Notes: generated by a model not told the origin, from the sequence alone. Shown: positions 36,899 through 48,724, numbered from the stretch's first letter. The stretch: 64,000 nucleotides of DNA from Carpediemonas membranifera BICM (GCA_019828565.1 JAHDYR010000033.1:155827-219826), one strand, 5' to 3'. Program-made: numbers and translations.

Positions 36899-38260
36899 AT
36901 GGAGGATCTAGCTGCAAATAGCGACGATATTGTTAAGCGCTGGTCTGATAGAGTTTCATTGAAGACGCGTAGTGTGTACAAGAAGCACCTGGAGGACGTT
37001 TTGGCCAGCCTTTGCCAGGAAACAGGCGCTGAAATGCAGAAGGGCATCGAGATTGTCCGAAGCGACAACGTTACGACTTATTTGGCCCATTATTTCGCTA
37101 CAAAGACGCCTGCTATGGCTAAGAGGATCGTTTCGGCTGTTCAGTCTTTCCGGAACTTCGACTTGCCACACCCCGCGAAGCCGTTGTCCTGGAAAGAGGA
37201 GGAAGAGGTGTCGCCTGCATCAGTTGAGAGTCTCCCCAGCCCGTATGGCGCCATTGCCATTCTGATCAACCAGACGGGCTGGGAGTATTCGTATCTCCAA
37301 GGTAATCTCCCCGATGCGATAGACCTTACCTCGTGCCCGAGCTGGATGGGCTTTGGCACGCTCAAATCGGGATTCCCGCAGGCCAGTGCTGTATCGGAGG
37401 CGCTCAAGGTTCAGGGGTTGACGGTTCGCATGCTTCGCTTGTCGCAGCGGATCAACGTGTCCACCGATAGGATGCAGTCTATCGGCACGCTAGAGCGCCG
37501 CGGCAGACCGCGGGAGAAGCCTCAGAAGGTCATTAAGGACAAGCGCATCAGCCTGACCGATGAGCAGTTCAGGCATCAGTTGGCGTCCAGTCACTTAACG
37601 ACCACGCGGCGCCCAACGATCCTCGATCTCAACCCGGAGATCCGAAGCTCTGCCGACCTGGTGCCGCCGACGCTCGATAACTGGCTTTACAACAAGCTCA
37701 GGATTAGGATGGTCCAGCTCCACGACCAGCGTAAGCCCGAGGGGGGCGACACGGGGGAGGGTGAGTCTGACGATGAGGCGCTGTTTGACGAGACAGCTGG
37801 CGAGGCAGAGATGCCGGAGACCGCAGTGGAGGGCGAGTTTGACGATGAGGCCGGGTTGGAGATGCTGGAAGGAGAGTGGGAGGATGAGGAGAGTTCAGAC
37901 AGCGATGCCGAGGATAGCCTCGTCGACAACCTGTCATTTCTTCAGTCACAACAGGTTGAGTGTGATATGTCTGAGAGAGATACCGATGAGGGTGTCCGTA
38001 GCGGGGCCAATGGAAGTGGGCTCGCTCCGCTCTATGACGCTATGAAGACCAGGGTGCCCAGCAGACGCATTCGCCTTCGCCGCTATCACGAGAGCGAGTC
38101 AGACTTGGGCAGCAGCAGCGACAGCGAGGACGGGATGCCGAAGCTGCCCGTTGAGGCCTTTGAGCACATCCGTGATGCCGGGATGACAACTGTGAGGCTG
38201 ACGAGGGCCGAGTATGACGACGTGATGGAGAAGAGAGAGCAGGAAAAGCACCAGAAGTAA
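36899..38260 (+). CDS. Degenerate tyrosine-recombinase-fold protein with AT-hook and acidic tail (unit 2)
   Basis: SLKTRSVYKKHL, VTTYLAHY..TPAMAKRIVSAVQSF (integrase core-binding pattern), AIAILINQTGWE, GLTVRMLR, RRGRPR. Confidence 0.62.
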   Translation: MEDLAANSDDIVKRWSDRVSLKTRSVYKKHLEDVLASLCQETGAEMQKGIEIVRSDNVTTYLAHYFATKTPAMAKRIVSAVQSFRNFDLPHPAKPLSWKEEEEVSPASVESLPSPYGAIAILINQTGWEYSYLQGNLPDAIDLTSCPSWMGFGTLKSGFPQASAVSEALKVQGLTVRMLRLSQRINVSTDRMQSIGTLERRGRPREKPQKVIKDKRISLTDEQFRHQLASSHLTTTRRPTILDLNPEIRSSADLVPPTLDNWLYNKLRIRMVQLHDQRKPEGGDTGEGESDDEALFDETAGEAEMPETAVEGEFDDEAGLEMLEGEWEDEESSDSDAEDSLVDNLSFLQSQQVECDMSERDTDEGVRSGANGSGLAPLYDAMKTRVPSRRIRLRRYHESESDLGSSSDSEDGMPKLPVEAFEHIRDAGMTTVRLTRAEYDDVMEKREQEKHQK

Positions 38261-38760
38261 ATGGCGAGTGATTATCAACTGGATGCAGAGGCTGAGCGGC
38301 GTAACTAGCCTGCCAGGGTCCGTGTACACAGTATGTGTCTTGGCCAAGCTTGACTTCGTCGGTTGGCCGAAAAAGCATAAACTGCACGGGTCCAGGTCGG
38401 CAACGGTTGCCGACCTGGAAGCCGCTCCTTGGGCGTTGAAGAACAGAAGAGAAAGCGATCAGCGATGCTTTTATGCAGTATTAAGCAGGTTGTGCGCGTC
38501 AAATGTCCGGTAATGCATTCGTCACCATCTAATCAACATCAACTCTTTTTCTCGGCAATGCAGAGGAGAATGCCCGTCACTAAAGGATGATTTGGTACTG
38601 AATAAACATTATAATGAGACTGGAATGCTTGTGGACACGAAAACAGCAATGACAACATCGGGAGCAAGACAAGAAGATGATTCAGATTTATGAGGGAGAG
38701 GACGCCAGGGATGACGGCGCCAGGGATGAGGCGCCAGGATGAGGGCGCCAGGATTACCTT

Positions 38761-39695
38761 AAGCTCTGCCGACCTGGTGGCTTTACAAAAAGCTCAGGAT
38801 GAGGATGGTCCAGCTCCACGACCAGCGTAATCCCGATGGGGTCGACACAGGGGAGGGTGAGTCTGACGATGAGGCGCTGTTTGACGAGACAGCTGGCGAG
38901 GCAGAGATGCCGGAGACCGCAGTGGAGGGCGAGTTTGACGATGAGGCCGGGTTGGAGATGCTGGAAGGAGAGTGGGAGGATGAGGAGAGTTCAGACAGCG
39001 ATGCCGAGGATAGCCTCGTCGACAACCTGTCATTTGTTCAGTCACAACAGGTTGAGTGTGATATGTCTGAGAGAGATACCGATGAGGGTGTCCGTAGCGG
39101 GGCCAATGGAAGTGGGCTCGCTCCGCTCTATGACGCTATGAAGACCAGGGTGCCCAGCAGACGCATTCGCCTTCGCCGCTATCACGAGAGCGAGTCAGAC
39201 TTGGGCAGCAGCAGCGACAGCGAGGACGGGATGCCGAAGCTGCCCGTTGAGGCCTTTGAGCACATCCGTGATGCCGGGATGACAACTGTGAGGCTGACGA
39301 GGGCCGAGTATGACGACGTGATGGAGAAGAGAGAGCAGGAAAAGCACCAGAAGTAAATGGCGAGTGATTATCAACTGGATGCAGAGGCTGAGCGGCGTAA
39401 CTAGCCTGCCAGGGTCCGTGTACACAGTATGTGTCTTGGCCAAGCTTGACTTCGTCGGTTGGCCGAAAAAGCATAAACTGCACGGGTCCAGGTCGGCAAC
39501 CGTTGCCGACCTGGAAGCCGCTCCTTGGGCGTTGAAGAACAGAAGAGAAAGCGATCAGCGATGCTTTTATGCAGTATTAAGCAGGTTGTGCGCGTCAAAT
39601 GTCCGGTAATGCATTCGTCACCATCTAATCAACATCAACTCTTTTTCTCGGCAATGCAGAGGAGAATGCCCGTCACTAAAGGATGATTTGGTACT
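38761..39695 (+). repeat. Tandem duplication of the 3' part of the unit-2 YR-like gene and its downstream region (about 37646-38599)
   Basis: Near-identical sequence; duplicated ORFs in the ORF track. Confidence 0.95.
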
Positions 39696-39980
39696 AACAG
39701 GCTTTAATAAGCATGTCAAGCCTGTGATCACGATAACAGCCTTCAATAACTACATCAAGGCAATACATCAAGAAGATTGTTTAAAGAGACGGCGGGGAGC
39801 AAGATGCAGGGAGAGCGGCAGGGAAACGAAGGCATGGGGACAGGAGCCCGAGAAGAGCGCCTGGAGAACGGTGAGGAAGAACGGCGGGGAAGAGCAGCCG
39901 GGCGCATGGTACACACATCTGTCATCATGTGGCATCAACATTGCCACAGTGGTCAACTCAATAACAAGCAATGTCTTCAT

Positions 39981-41265
39981 TTACTCACTGTTCTGGATCA
40001 CCAATTCGTACGACGAGTAACAGTCGGGACAGAGCCGAATCTTGGGAATCGACTTGCCACAGATGACAATCTTCAGCAGCTCCATCTGTACGCAGTTGGC
40101 AGAGTTACAGAACCAGTGCCCGCACTGCCTACAGTGCACGGCTGAGTCGTTGCGTCGGCATGCGTAACACTTCTTCTCATTGAGGCAATAGCTACACGTG
40201 TATTTCCAGCGACCCTTATTGGACTCGGCCCAGTTCTTGTTCTTTCCAGTCTTAGGCCGGGGAGGGACACAGCGTGAGTTGTCGTGGAAGTTCACTTTGC
40301 ATTCCTGGCAAGTCACAAACTTTGACGTCACGCGATTGTCGATCCAGTCCAGACTGTGGCAATGGCCGCAACAGAAACAAAGCAGCCTATTCTGAATGTC
40401 GAGAATCGAGAAAGAATCATCACCGACCTCAGACACATCGTCATCGTTGTCCCCTTGGCTGGCCAGACGTGCCTCCACGGTGGCGAGCCTCTGATCGACA
40501 CTCATCGCGACACGGTGAACATCGTGCAGCACAATCGACTCGCGAGGCGCTTGAGGGGAAGCTGGAGAGGGAACCGAAGTGGGACCGGACGATGAGTGCA
40601 GGAAAGGCTTCACTTTTCACGCAAAGCTCTTGCTTCACGTGTGTAAGGGCGGGGGTGGCAGGGTTGGGGATTTCAACTGTTCTGCACTTGCCCACAAATC
40701 TCTCCGGGTCATTGATATCGGGCACACAGAGATTAAAGTCTCGGGAGTCGAGATTATCTGGCACAGGAATATTGAGTCTCGACAGGACGGATCTGATCGC
40801 GCTGGTTAGCTCCGAACGGACTGGGCGAGGGAGCTCTTGCAGAGAGCATGGACAACCTTGGGTTTCCCGTCAGATATGGCCACAGTAACCCCCATCGTCT
40901 CAGCCCAATCTCGGACGTTCTTCGCAACAACCCTTCCCATCGAGACGCCAGGTTTCAACTTCAGCTCATCGAGGAAGTCCGGTGTTTCGGAGCACGGCTG
41001 AAGAAACGACACGATGATGTGGTTGAACGCATTTCCGAGCTTTTTTGATGGACAGGCCAGTTGGGTCTGAGTCAAAGACGTCAAACGCAAACGTGAAGAA
41101 GGCCTTAAGCATGCCCATCATGAGAATTGACCGGCAAGTACTCAAAGCGGTTGTGTTCCACTTCGTCATCGGTCTCGATCTCTTAGAAACAGCCTTAACT
41201 GCATGATCGTCCGCCATGTTCTCATTTACGGCCGCGCGCTTCGTTTCTAGCTCCGTTTCTGTCAT
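39981..41265 (-). pseudogene. PHD-finger plus second Zn-finger protein, frameshifted
   Basis: CFCC..CQEC..H...C..CSYC followed by CYAC..CRQC..FC...C..LCPDC; homologous to 51000-52223. Confidence 0.75.
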
Positions 41266-41455
41266 TCCAGAGTAGATTTTCTACTAAAAATTGGCATTGT
41301 TACAACCAATCATTAACATTAATAGAGAAGGAGAATAAAGACTCACCAGCCCGCGGCCAATCGTGACTCAGGTTCGCATCAGACGTCGACAGAGACGAGT
41401 TAAACATGAGGCTGGGCAATTGTCTTCTGAGCTAATCCTTAACCTTTCAAAGAGG

Positions 41456-43980
41456 ATGCTAATACCGAAGTGGACGCTATTACACGGCACTATTTATGCT
41501 CCTCAAGAGGATACTGGCATCAACACCATTCTATGCAGCGTGTACCTTTCCATTGACTCAGATAACGTCAGCACACATCGGTTTCGTGTTTCCAAAGCTC
41601 CCCAACGCCGTGAGTTCGTCCAGGTTGTTCAAGAGTTGCTCAGTGCAGGATATATATGTCGCCAGGATGTTTCAAAGCAGCTGTACCCCTCTCCGACTGC
41701 CACATCTATCGCTGCGGAGAAGAGGAATCACACGACTTACCCAAGAGCCTACGTGAAGCATACATCCGCAGTTGACACTCTCGCAGCCGAGAATGAGTGT
41801 CTACGGAAGCGTCTGGCCGACACGGAGCGCCTGATTCAACTAACGAACCAGCTCAAGTCCATCACAAACGGATACAATGCCGTTAACGACGAGATCCGCA
41901 TAATGAACTCTCTTGCAGGTAGGCTTAACCTTGATATTGTGCGGATATCTCCTGTTACCTCGAAGATCAAGTCTCTCGCGTGTAATATCCAGAATATGGA
42001 GGAGATAGAATCACTTCTCCAATCTGACACCGCTTGGAGGAGATTTATCCGCAGTCACGTTCCCGCCAACATTCAGCACAGGGTAACGGCGAGAAGGTCT
42101 GATCAGGCCAATCAGGAATATGAGCTCGACCTCATCACCCATGTCGAAGCTCCTCTTGATGTTGTACGATCATCTATTCAGGGCGACTCGGCCCATGCAG
42201 AGCACGTTGCAGGAAAGATCGTCGTCTTCTATGACTCAGAGCAGGACCGTGAGACTCACTATAGCATCATGAAAGAGCAAGGCCTCACCCCTCGGATGCA
42301 GACGAGTGCAAGATATACCCATGTATATCATGCATCATTTGATATCATGGAGTATTATCGCCAAGCGGTTGCATTCCCCGTATCGCTGGAGACGTCACGA
42401 TCCGGGCGCAAGAGTGCAGCTCGGACATTAAGACGACAGAGTCATTCCGCTGAGACGGGGACGATCCCACTCGTGTTAGAGGTGTGGGTCGATGCGTGGA
42501 GAGGGCTGACAACCGCTGTTAAGATTCGTTTCCTCGACGACTCCCACAAAGTCTTTCCGTCTGGTGCGACTCCTCCTTTCCGGATTCTTGAATACAACGG
42601 CCCAGAAAGTCTCATCACTGAGCATTTTGCCTTCATTGAACAGTCCATCGAGAGCACACACCGCGAGGTGCTGGAAGTCAGGAACACGGGTCTCCTCTGC
42701 CGAGTAACGCGTGTCTTTATTATCGCTGACCATCCAGCCATGTCCAAGGTTTGCGGGGCACTCATTGGAGGCAATTACCCCTCGCCATTCAGTCCCGTTC
42801 ATTCGAAGAACAAGGGCTGGAGTCCCTTTGGTCGCACCCCGCGCTGCACCTTGGCAGATATCCTGCTGGCGAAGCATAAGTCACAGTTCGACACTATTAT
42901 GGACAGAGAGGCCAAATGGGGATCCTTCTATAACCATCAGAAGAAGTGCATCGCTCCCACTTTGTTTGAGACGTCGACTGCGTCGCTGCCCAGAGACTGC
43001 GTCTTCTTATTCCCTCCAATCATGCATGTCAGTCATGACTTTGTGTCGTTGATTCATGCCATGTGCCGCATGTTCAAGCCAGAGCCAATTGACCCAGAGA
43101 GCGACCCTCGTCAAATTAAGGAGGTGAAGGCAAGGAACGCGATGCTAGCGAATCTGGCGTCGTTTGAGCCACCCAGCCGTACGACGGGCTGCAACGAGCA
43201 AGTCAAGGGGAGAAAGATGATAGCATCGATTGGACTTAAGCTGCATCGTGCGTTCCCGCCACCCCCGTGCAGTCATTATTCATACTCGCTGCATACCTCC
43301 AGGAGCACTACTATTCCCACGAGGATGTAACTGAGAACATGGTCGTGTGGCATCGCTTGACAGCACTTCTCGTGCACCTCTTCTCTGTGACCATGTGTCT
43401 TAGCACATCTAACACGGTTGCCCCAGACATTCCGATCCGTCAACCATCTGCGACTCCCGATACGGCGCCGTGTGTTGATACACTTCACGGATTGGCGCGT
43501 ATTGCCGCGCTGCCGGATATACAAGCGAAGACTCGGGCTTCCTTTGGTCGAGTCATCGAAGAGTGCTTTGAACGTGATTTCATTGGGAATCAGGAGAGTC
43601 GAGTGCGATTGCGTCAGAACCAGACGGTTCTTGAGAGCACTATTCTGAAGGAGCAGGTTGAGTTGCTGTTCAGATGCCTTCGTGGAGTGATTTCCTACGG
43701 AAGACGCGAAACAGATGTCCCACCCCAGTCACCCCTGAAACATATGCGCATTCATAAGTGTTGTAAGGATGCCAATTGGTGGCTTCGTATCCGGAGTGTG
43801 CATTCTAAGACGCTGACAGCGACTGAGTGCCAAAAGCTGCACATGGTGTTTACGAAGGAAGTCAACGGCCTATGGCGCACTGTCTTGTCGAAAGCAGACT
43901 GTACCTTTGACTCAGACTGGCTGTATGTTCCCATTCACGAGCAGGGACACACTCTTGATGTTTGCATATGTAAGAGATAG
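41456..43980 (+). CDS. Candidate DDE transposase (Transib/RAG1/Chapaev/CMC-like), one frameshift near 43262
   Basis: Ordered motifs LEVWVDAW (D1), FIIADHPAMSKVCG..GGNYPSPF (D2 plus degenerate CxxC), PPIMHV, IEECFER (E). Confidence 0.6.
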
Positions 43981-44184
43981 TAAAGATCGGATTTAGTCTC
44001 GCGGTCAATCTCACGTGGCCCAGAGCAGCGTGCTCCTGGAATCAACAGGGCATAAAACACCCTGCGTATTCCGGTAGCACACCGTTCTGACTCATACGTC
44101 CGTCTCTGGTTGTCGTATACAGGTCTATTTACGTGTTTGGCGATGGCGCTCCCTTAAATCTGCTTGAACAGCGTGTCGTGGCTG

Positions 44185-44391
44185 TCAGTATGCTGCAAAT
44201 GTCTCAGCGAGAAAGGAGTCACCAATCGCGTTCAGCTTTCTTGTTTCTCGCCTGATAAGGCTCGTAATATCGTTCAAGCGTGAATCTATGAAGTAATGGG
44301 ACTGAATGGCCTCTATTGCGTCAATTTCTTGCGTAATCGTTGTTGAATGGCCTAGAATAGATGTTGCAGCTGCTTCCAGCTCCTGTTGCAT
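44185..44391 (-). CDS. Small helical hypothetical protein
   Basis: 68-aa ORF with amphipathic pattern; no homologue recognised. Confidence 0.3.
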   Translation of the reverse strand: MQQELEAAATSILGHSTTITQEIDAIEAIQSHYFIDSRLNDITSLIRRETRKLNAIGDSFLAETFAAY

Positions 44392-45130
44392 GCTAAATGC
44401 TGTGTTTTGGACAATTGGTCGTGTTCAGGCAGATTTTTTTCGTGCAAAGTGCAGGCTAATACGCGCCCTTAAACTGTGGGATCAGCCGCTGGGTAAATAT
44501 ACTGAGAAAAAACCATATAGCTGAGTTCACTGTCTTGTGCTGAATACGGTGGCGCCATTTATTTCTCTGAATCGCTAAGTTTTGTCAGCGTTGACCGCGC
44601 ACGACCGGTCGTCCTTACGCGATGTCACCAACACCATCATATTCTTCCCCCTGATATTCTACGTGTCCCCCAGTCTGGATTCGTGGTCTGCAATATTCAC
44701 AGAGATATTCGCCTTCTCTTTCGCGAATTTGACTCTGATCAAGTCGAAAACCGAAAAAACGACCATATCTCGAAATCTACACGTTGGAATCGGTACCAGA
44801 GTGATTTTGCGCATATGTACATCCCGTCAGCAGTCTGCAAAATCACTCTCATACCGATTCCAACGTGTCAATTTTGAGATATTGCTCGTTTCATCGTTTT
44901 GCCTTAACCTGCGTCGCAAAGAAGTCGAAATCAGTGCTTAGACCGCACTGGACCTCTTTACAGGCTCTCTGCATACGCGCTTTAGTATGCAATGAAGGTA
45001 TTCATTTTCCCGTAAATTGTTTAAATTCAATGAATACTTCATTTTCGGTCCGGAAGAAATAGATAATCTAGGTTTTTTAGGCCCTAGATTATCTAGAAAA
45101 AATCGTAGATTATCTACCGACTTTCACAGT

Positions 45131-45954
45131 ATGAGAGGAGTTGATGACATCGATCATCGCTTCTTCATGTTTGTTCACCCAGTGTTGCCCAGGTATTTAC
45201 CCAGATTGGTTGCGATTCGTGACTGCAAGACTGATTCCATCATTTCGGCCTTGTTGCTCACGAAGGAGTCATACAACACCGAAGCTACTGATGAAACCCC
45301 TTCCGAGCTGCGCCAGGACTTATATGTTGTGGTTATTCGCACGGCATTCTATGCCAGGGGCAATGGTCTCGCCACGATTCTTCTTTCGGTTGCCTCTGCC
45401 GGACAGAGGATCCGCCTGCAGTGTGTAAGTTCTCTTGTGCCAGCCTACCAGCGTATGGGGATGTCCATCTCCAAGCAAAAAGTCCACGATGGAGTACCTG
45501 GATGATGCGAAACTGGTGACCATGGAGGCAACATACGGCCCGAACAAGTGGACGAAGCTCGGTGAGAGTCTCGTTGCTTGCCATGGATATGCCATGAAGT
45601 CCTGGAGGGCTCCCCCGTCCGTCGACTACGGTACGGCTTTTCACTTCTGTGGACCAGGTCCAGCCTCCCCCAAAGAGAACCCAAGCCACCCAACCCACCC
45701 TGCCCACCAAGCCCTCGGACAAGCTCAACCGCTACATTAAGCGTCTGAGGAAGAGTGTTACCCCGCACCCGACGCGCAAGAAGCAACGTGAGATAATCAT
45801 CGCCCTTTACGACAGCAACCGAAGGGATTTGGTCCAAAAGATCGTGGATAAGAGATCAAAGATGCGTAAGGATTACCAGAAAGAGAACTATTTCGAGGAA
45901 GAGTGGTACCATCTGCTGTCTGAGAAGGAAGATGAGGAAGAGAATGAAGATTAA
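45131..45954 (+). CDS. GNAT acetyltransferase with basic/acidic C-terminus (two frameshifts)
   Basis: LYVVVIRTAFYARGNGLATILL (motif A R..G.A), LVPAYQRMGM (motif B). Confidence 0.75.
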
Positions 45955-45974
45955 ATGAAGAAGCAGTCGATTTA

Positions 45975-46661
45975 TTACTCATTTGAGTTGACGTTAGCTG
46001 CGTGGAAGAGCAGGAGGCTCGCGTAAACGGGTATACGCAGAACATCACGAGCCTCTGCAGCGGCACGGGCAGCGTTCCTCTTCTCAATCACAGCGGCGAG
46101 GTCCTTGAAGGTCTTCGAGTGCTTCTTGAGGACAAGCTGCGGACGCTCGAAGATGAGCTTAGAGTCCTTGCGGCACACACTCTCCAGAAGGACCTCTCTG
46201 ACCTTGTCGACAGAGATACCAAGCCTCTGGGCGACGAAGGCGTAAGCGCGGGGGCGGACCGACTGAGGGATGCCGTGGAACAGCTCGCGGTACTCACGGA
46301 CAGTTGCCAAGAGAGGGCTGCCATGGTCGACCTCATCTCCTTCGGCGTCCAGGCTGATGAGGGCCCTGAAGCGCTTCTCCTTGGCCTCAGAAGACTCGCC
46401 CTTGTACTGCGCCATGATCTGCTCAATGCTATCGAGAGAACGGAACTCCGCTTCATCCCTAAGATCCTCCGGAACGAATGTGGGGAGGTCATTGGGGCGT
46501 CTGTCAACCACCTCATTGCAAATGCGGTTTCCGGTGGCGACATCGGCAGCGGAGATGCTTCCAGCAGCGTGCTCCTTTTCTAAGTAAGTAGAAATCATTT
46601 CCACAGCGTTTAGACGCTTTCTGCCCTTGCTCTTAGCAGTATTACTCCGTTTCGGAGGCAT
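45975..46661 (-). CDS. Highly diverged positional homologue of the YR-like gene (unit 3)
   Basis: Same position relative to the core; AYAFVAQRLGISVDKVREV resembles ALALIISHTGMTATSARDI; LKKHSKTFKDL resembles LKSVGLSVNQL. Confidence 0.5.
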   Translation of the reverse strand: MPPKRSNTAKSKGRKRLNAVEMISTYLEKEHAAGSISAADVATGNRICNEVVDRRPNDLPTFVPEDLRDEAEFRSLDSIEQIMAQYKGESSEAKEKRFRALISLDAEGDEVDHGSPLLATVREYRELFHGIPQSVRPRAYAFVAQRLGISVDKVREVLLESVCRKDSKLIFERPQLVLKKHSKTFKDLAAVIEKRNAARAAAEARDVLRIPVYASLLLFHAANVNSNE

Positions 46662-46675
46662 AACGTTTCTTCAAG

Positions 46676-47080
46676 GTGCACTTTATGCTCGCAACGAAAT
46701 TAGAAAACCAAACGAAGAAAGGAGAAGAGTATCGATCCTCAAACGCTGGCAAGCATGTGTATATCACTAAAACAACATCATGAGAGCTCTGTGGCCTCGA
46801 ATGGCCTGTAATAGAACCTAAACAACATCAACAATTGTAACTCGTCGAGGAAGCGTTGAGATGAACTATAAACGCGGGAATGGATCAAACAATGGATTTA
46901 AGAGTGGCATACAAGGCCAGAATACCGCAATTATCGTCCGTTGATCCACGTGACCTCCATCTTGGTCGGTATCCAGAGAAAGCCCTTCAGACGCTCGCAA
47001 CACAACATTTAGAAGACTTATCGTGAATGGCTCCTTCCATGATGGACCTTCACCTGGACATGCCATCTCTGACATGTCCA
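46676..47080. promoter_or_regulatory. Conserved non-coding core, copy 3
   Basis: Starts gtgcactttatgctcgcaacg; invariant 37-mer at 46944-46980. Confidence 0.8.
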
Positions 47081-47190
47081 ATGGTCTCCATTGAGCTCGC
47101 ATTCATCCCTCTGAGCATCCGCCCCATGGTCCAATCAGATGCCCAATCAAAATTCTGCACCGAAGTGCCCCGAGGACCTCCTCTGAGTTC

Positions 47191-47355
47191 ATAAGGCTCT
47201 CAGAGCCTTATACACCAATTCGAAATCGTGTATAAGGCTCTCAGAGCCTAATGAATCTCCCGCGCCGTTGCCTACTGATACTGGTCATTTTTCCGCATGG
47301 TTTATTAGGCTCTCAGAGCCTTATGAATTTTTTCATTAGGTCCTGAGAGCCTTAT
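47191..47355. promoter_or_regulatory. Four copies of a 21-bp palindrome (ataaggctctcagagccttat)
   Basis: At 47191, 47232, 47304 and 47335 (last degenerate), ending 4 nt before ATG 47360. Confidence 0.75.
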
Positions 47356-47359
47356 AATC

Positions 47360-48724
47360 ATGCAATCGGTTTTCGACTTCTACATGCTCTTGAAGCGTTC
47401 GAAAACGTTTGGTAAGCAGTTCTTTATCTTCTATGACAGCGCTGAGATTAGTCAGGCCTCATCAAACGCGCAGGAGATGATCAAGTGCTCACTTCTTCGT
47501 AAGTTCCTTCTGCCCGATGACAAGATCCTCACCGCCCTTCTTCGTGATCGTAAGTACTTTCCCCATACCTTTTTACACAGATATTGGCTGGAAAACGCTT
47601 CGCAAGCTCTTCAGGTCGCCTCACCTTATCCTGCACCTAAGAGAAACTGCCGAGGCTCAGCTTGAGCTGATCACGACATCGGCTGAGCTGAAGAAGGTCA
47701 TGGGAGATCATGCCTACGACAGCCTTGTCCAGAAGGTCCGCCGAGAAGTGTCTTCGGATCACGAGCACGACGTTGGAGGTAAGTACTCCAAATAACTCCT
47801 GCTTATTCAGTCCTTTCGCTGCTCCGTGAGCGCATAATGCGCAAGGTGAAGCCAGGAAGGTCGGGGGTCGTCCGTTCGTTCAAGAACAACGCCGAGCCTG
47901 AGCTGTCGGACCCGGTCGACGTGCAGTTCGACCGGATAAGGCACCTGGACGCGCTTCTGATGGACTCTCCCGTCCACAGAAGTACCCTGAGTGGCACATC
48001 GCGCCTCCTGCGCCGCCATCTTGCCGTGGAACACAACGGTGCGATCCGTGATTTGAAGAGGGAGCTTTGGCAAGCCCGGGCCAAGATTGAAAAGCTCGAG
48101 ACGGAGAAGCTTGTGCCCTTGAAGAAGGAGGCTGAGGTCATAGACCTGGATCGGGAGGCTTTGGTGGCCGCAGACCCCAAAGATGACGTCCAGACCATCA
48201 TGGAGAAGACCGCTAAGAAGTTTAAGAACGATACAAGCTCTCTGAAGCGGTCTGAGGTGCCTGGGGATGGCTCATGCATTCTCAGCGCCATGCATCTCAT
48301 CAGGACTGGGTCCCAGCCTACTGTTGGTGAGAAGCTTCAGCTGTACGAGGACATCCGATCCTTCTGTGAGGGCAAGGGGTTCGAGGGCGACCCGTTCTCT
48401 GAGATGCCTGGCTCCCCTTTCCCCTGGGCAGACCATGAGGCCATCCAGGCCAGTGTAGAGCTGAGTCACACTCCGGTAATCATCACCCAGATCGACGAGG
48501 ACCTTACCTGCCTCTGGGTCCACAAAGGTTGGGAAGATTCAGAGTTCTTGCCCATCCAGGATGCGACGCTGGACAAGATCTTAGGTCTTTGTGAGAGCAT
48601 GAAGCTCACTCAGTTCATCGTCATCGAGAATCGTCATGCCTGTGTCTACAGTCTTCCGGACCGCAAGCGCAAGGCAGAGCCCGAGAAGCGTGCTACTCGT
48701 CCGGAGGATGTCACCCGCTCATAA
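47360..48724 (+). CDS. OTU-like protease (unit 3); introns 47550-47580 and 47779-47810
   Basis: Splicing two GTAAGT..CAG introns joins three ORFs in frame; VDVQFDR shared with unit 1; VPGDGSCILSA, W, IVIENRHACVY. Confidence 0.8.
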
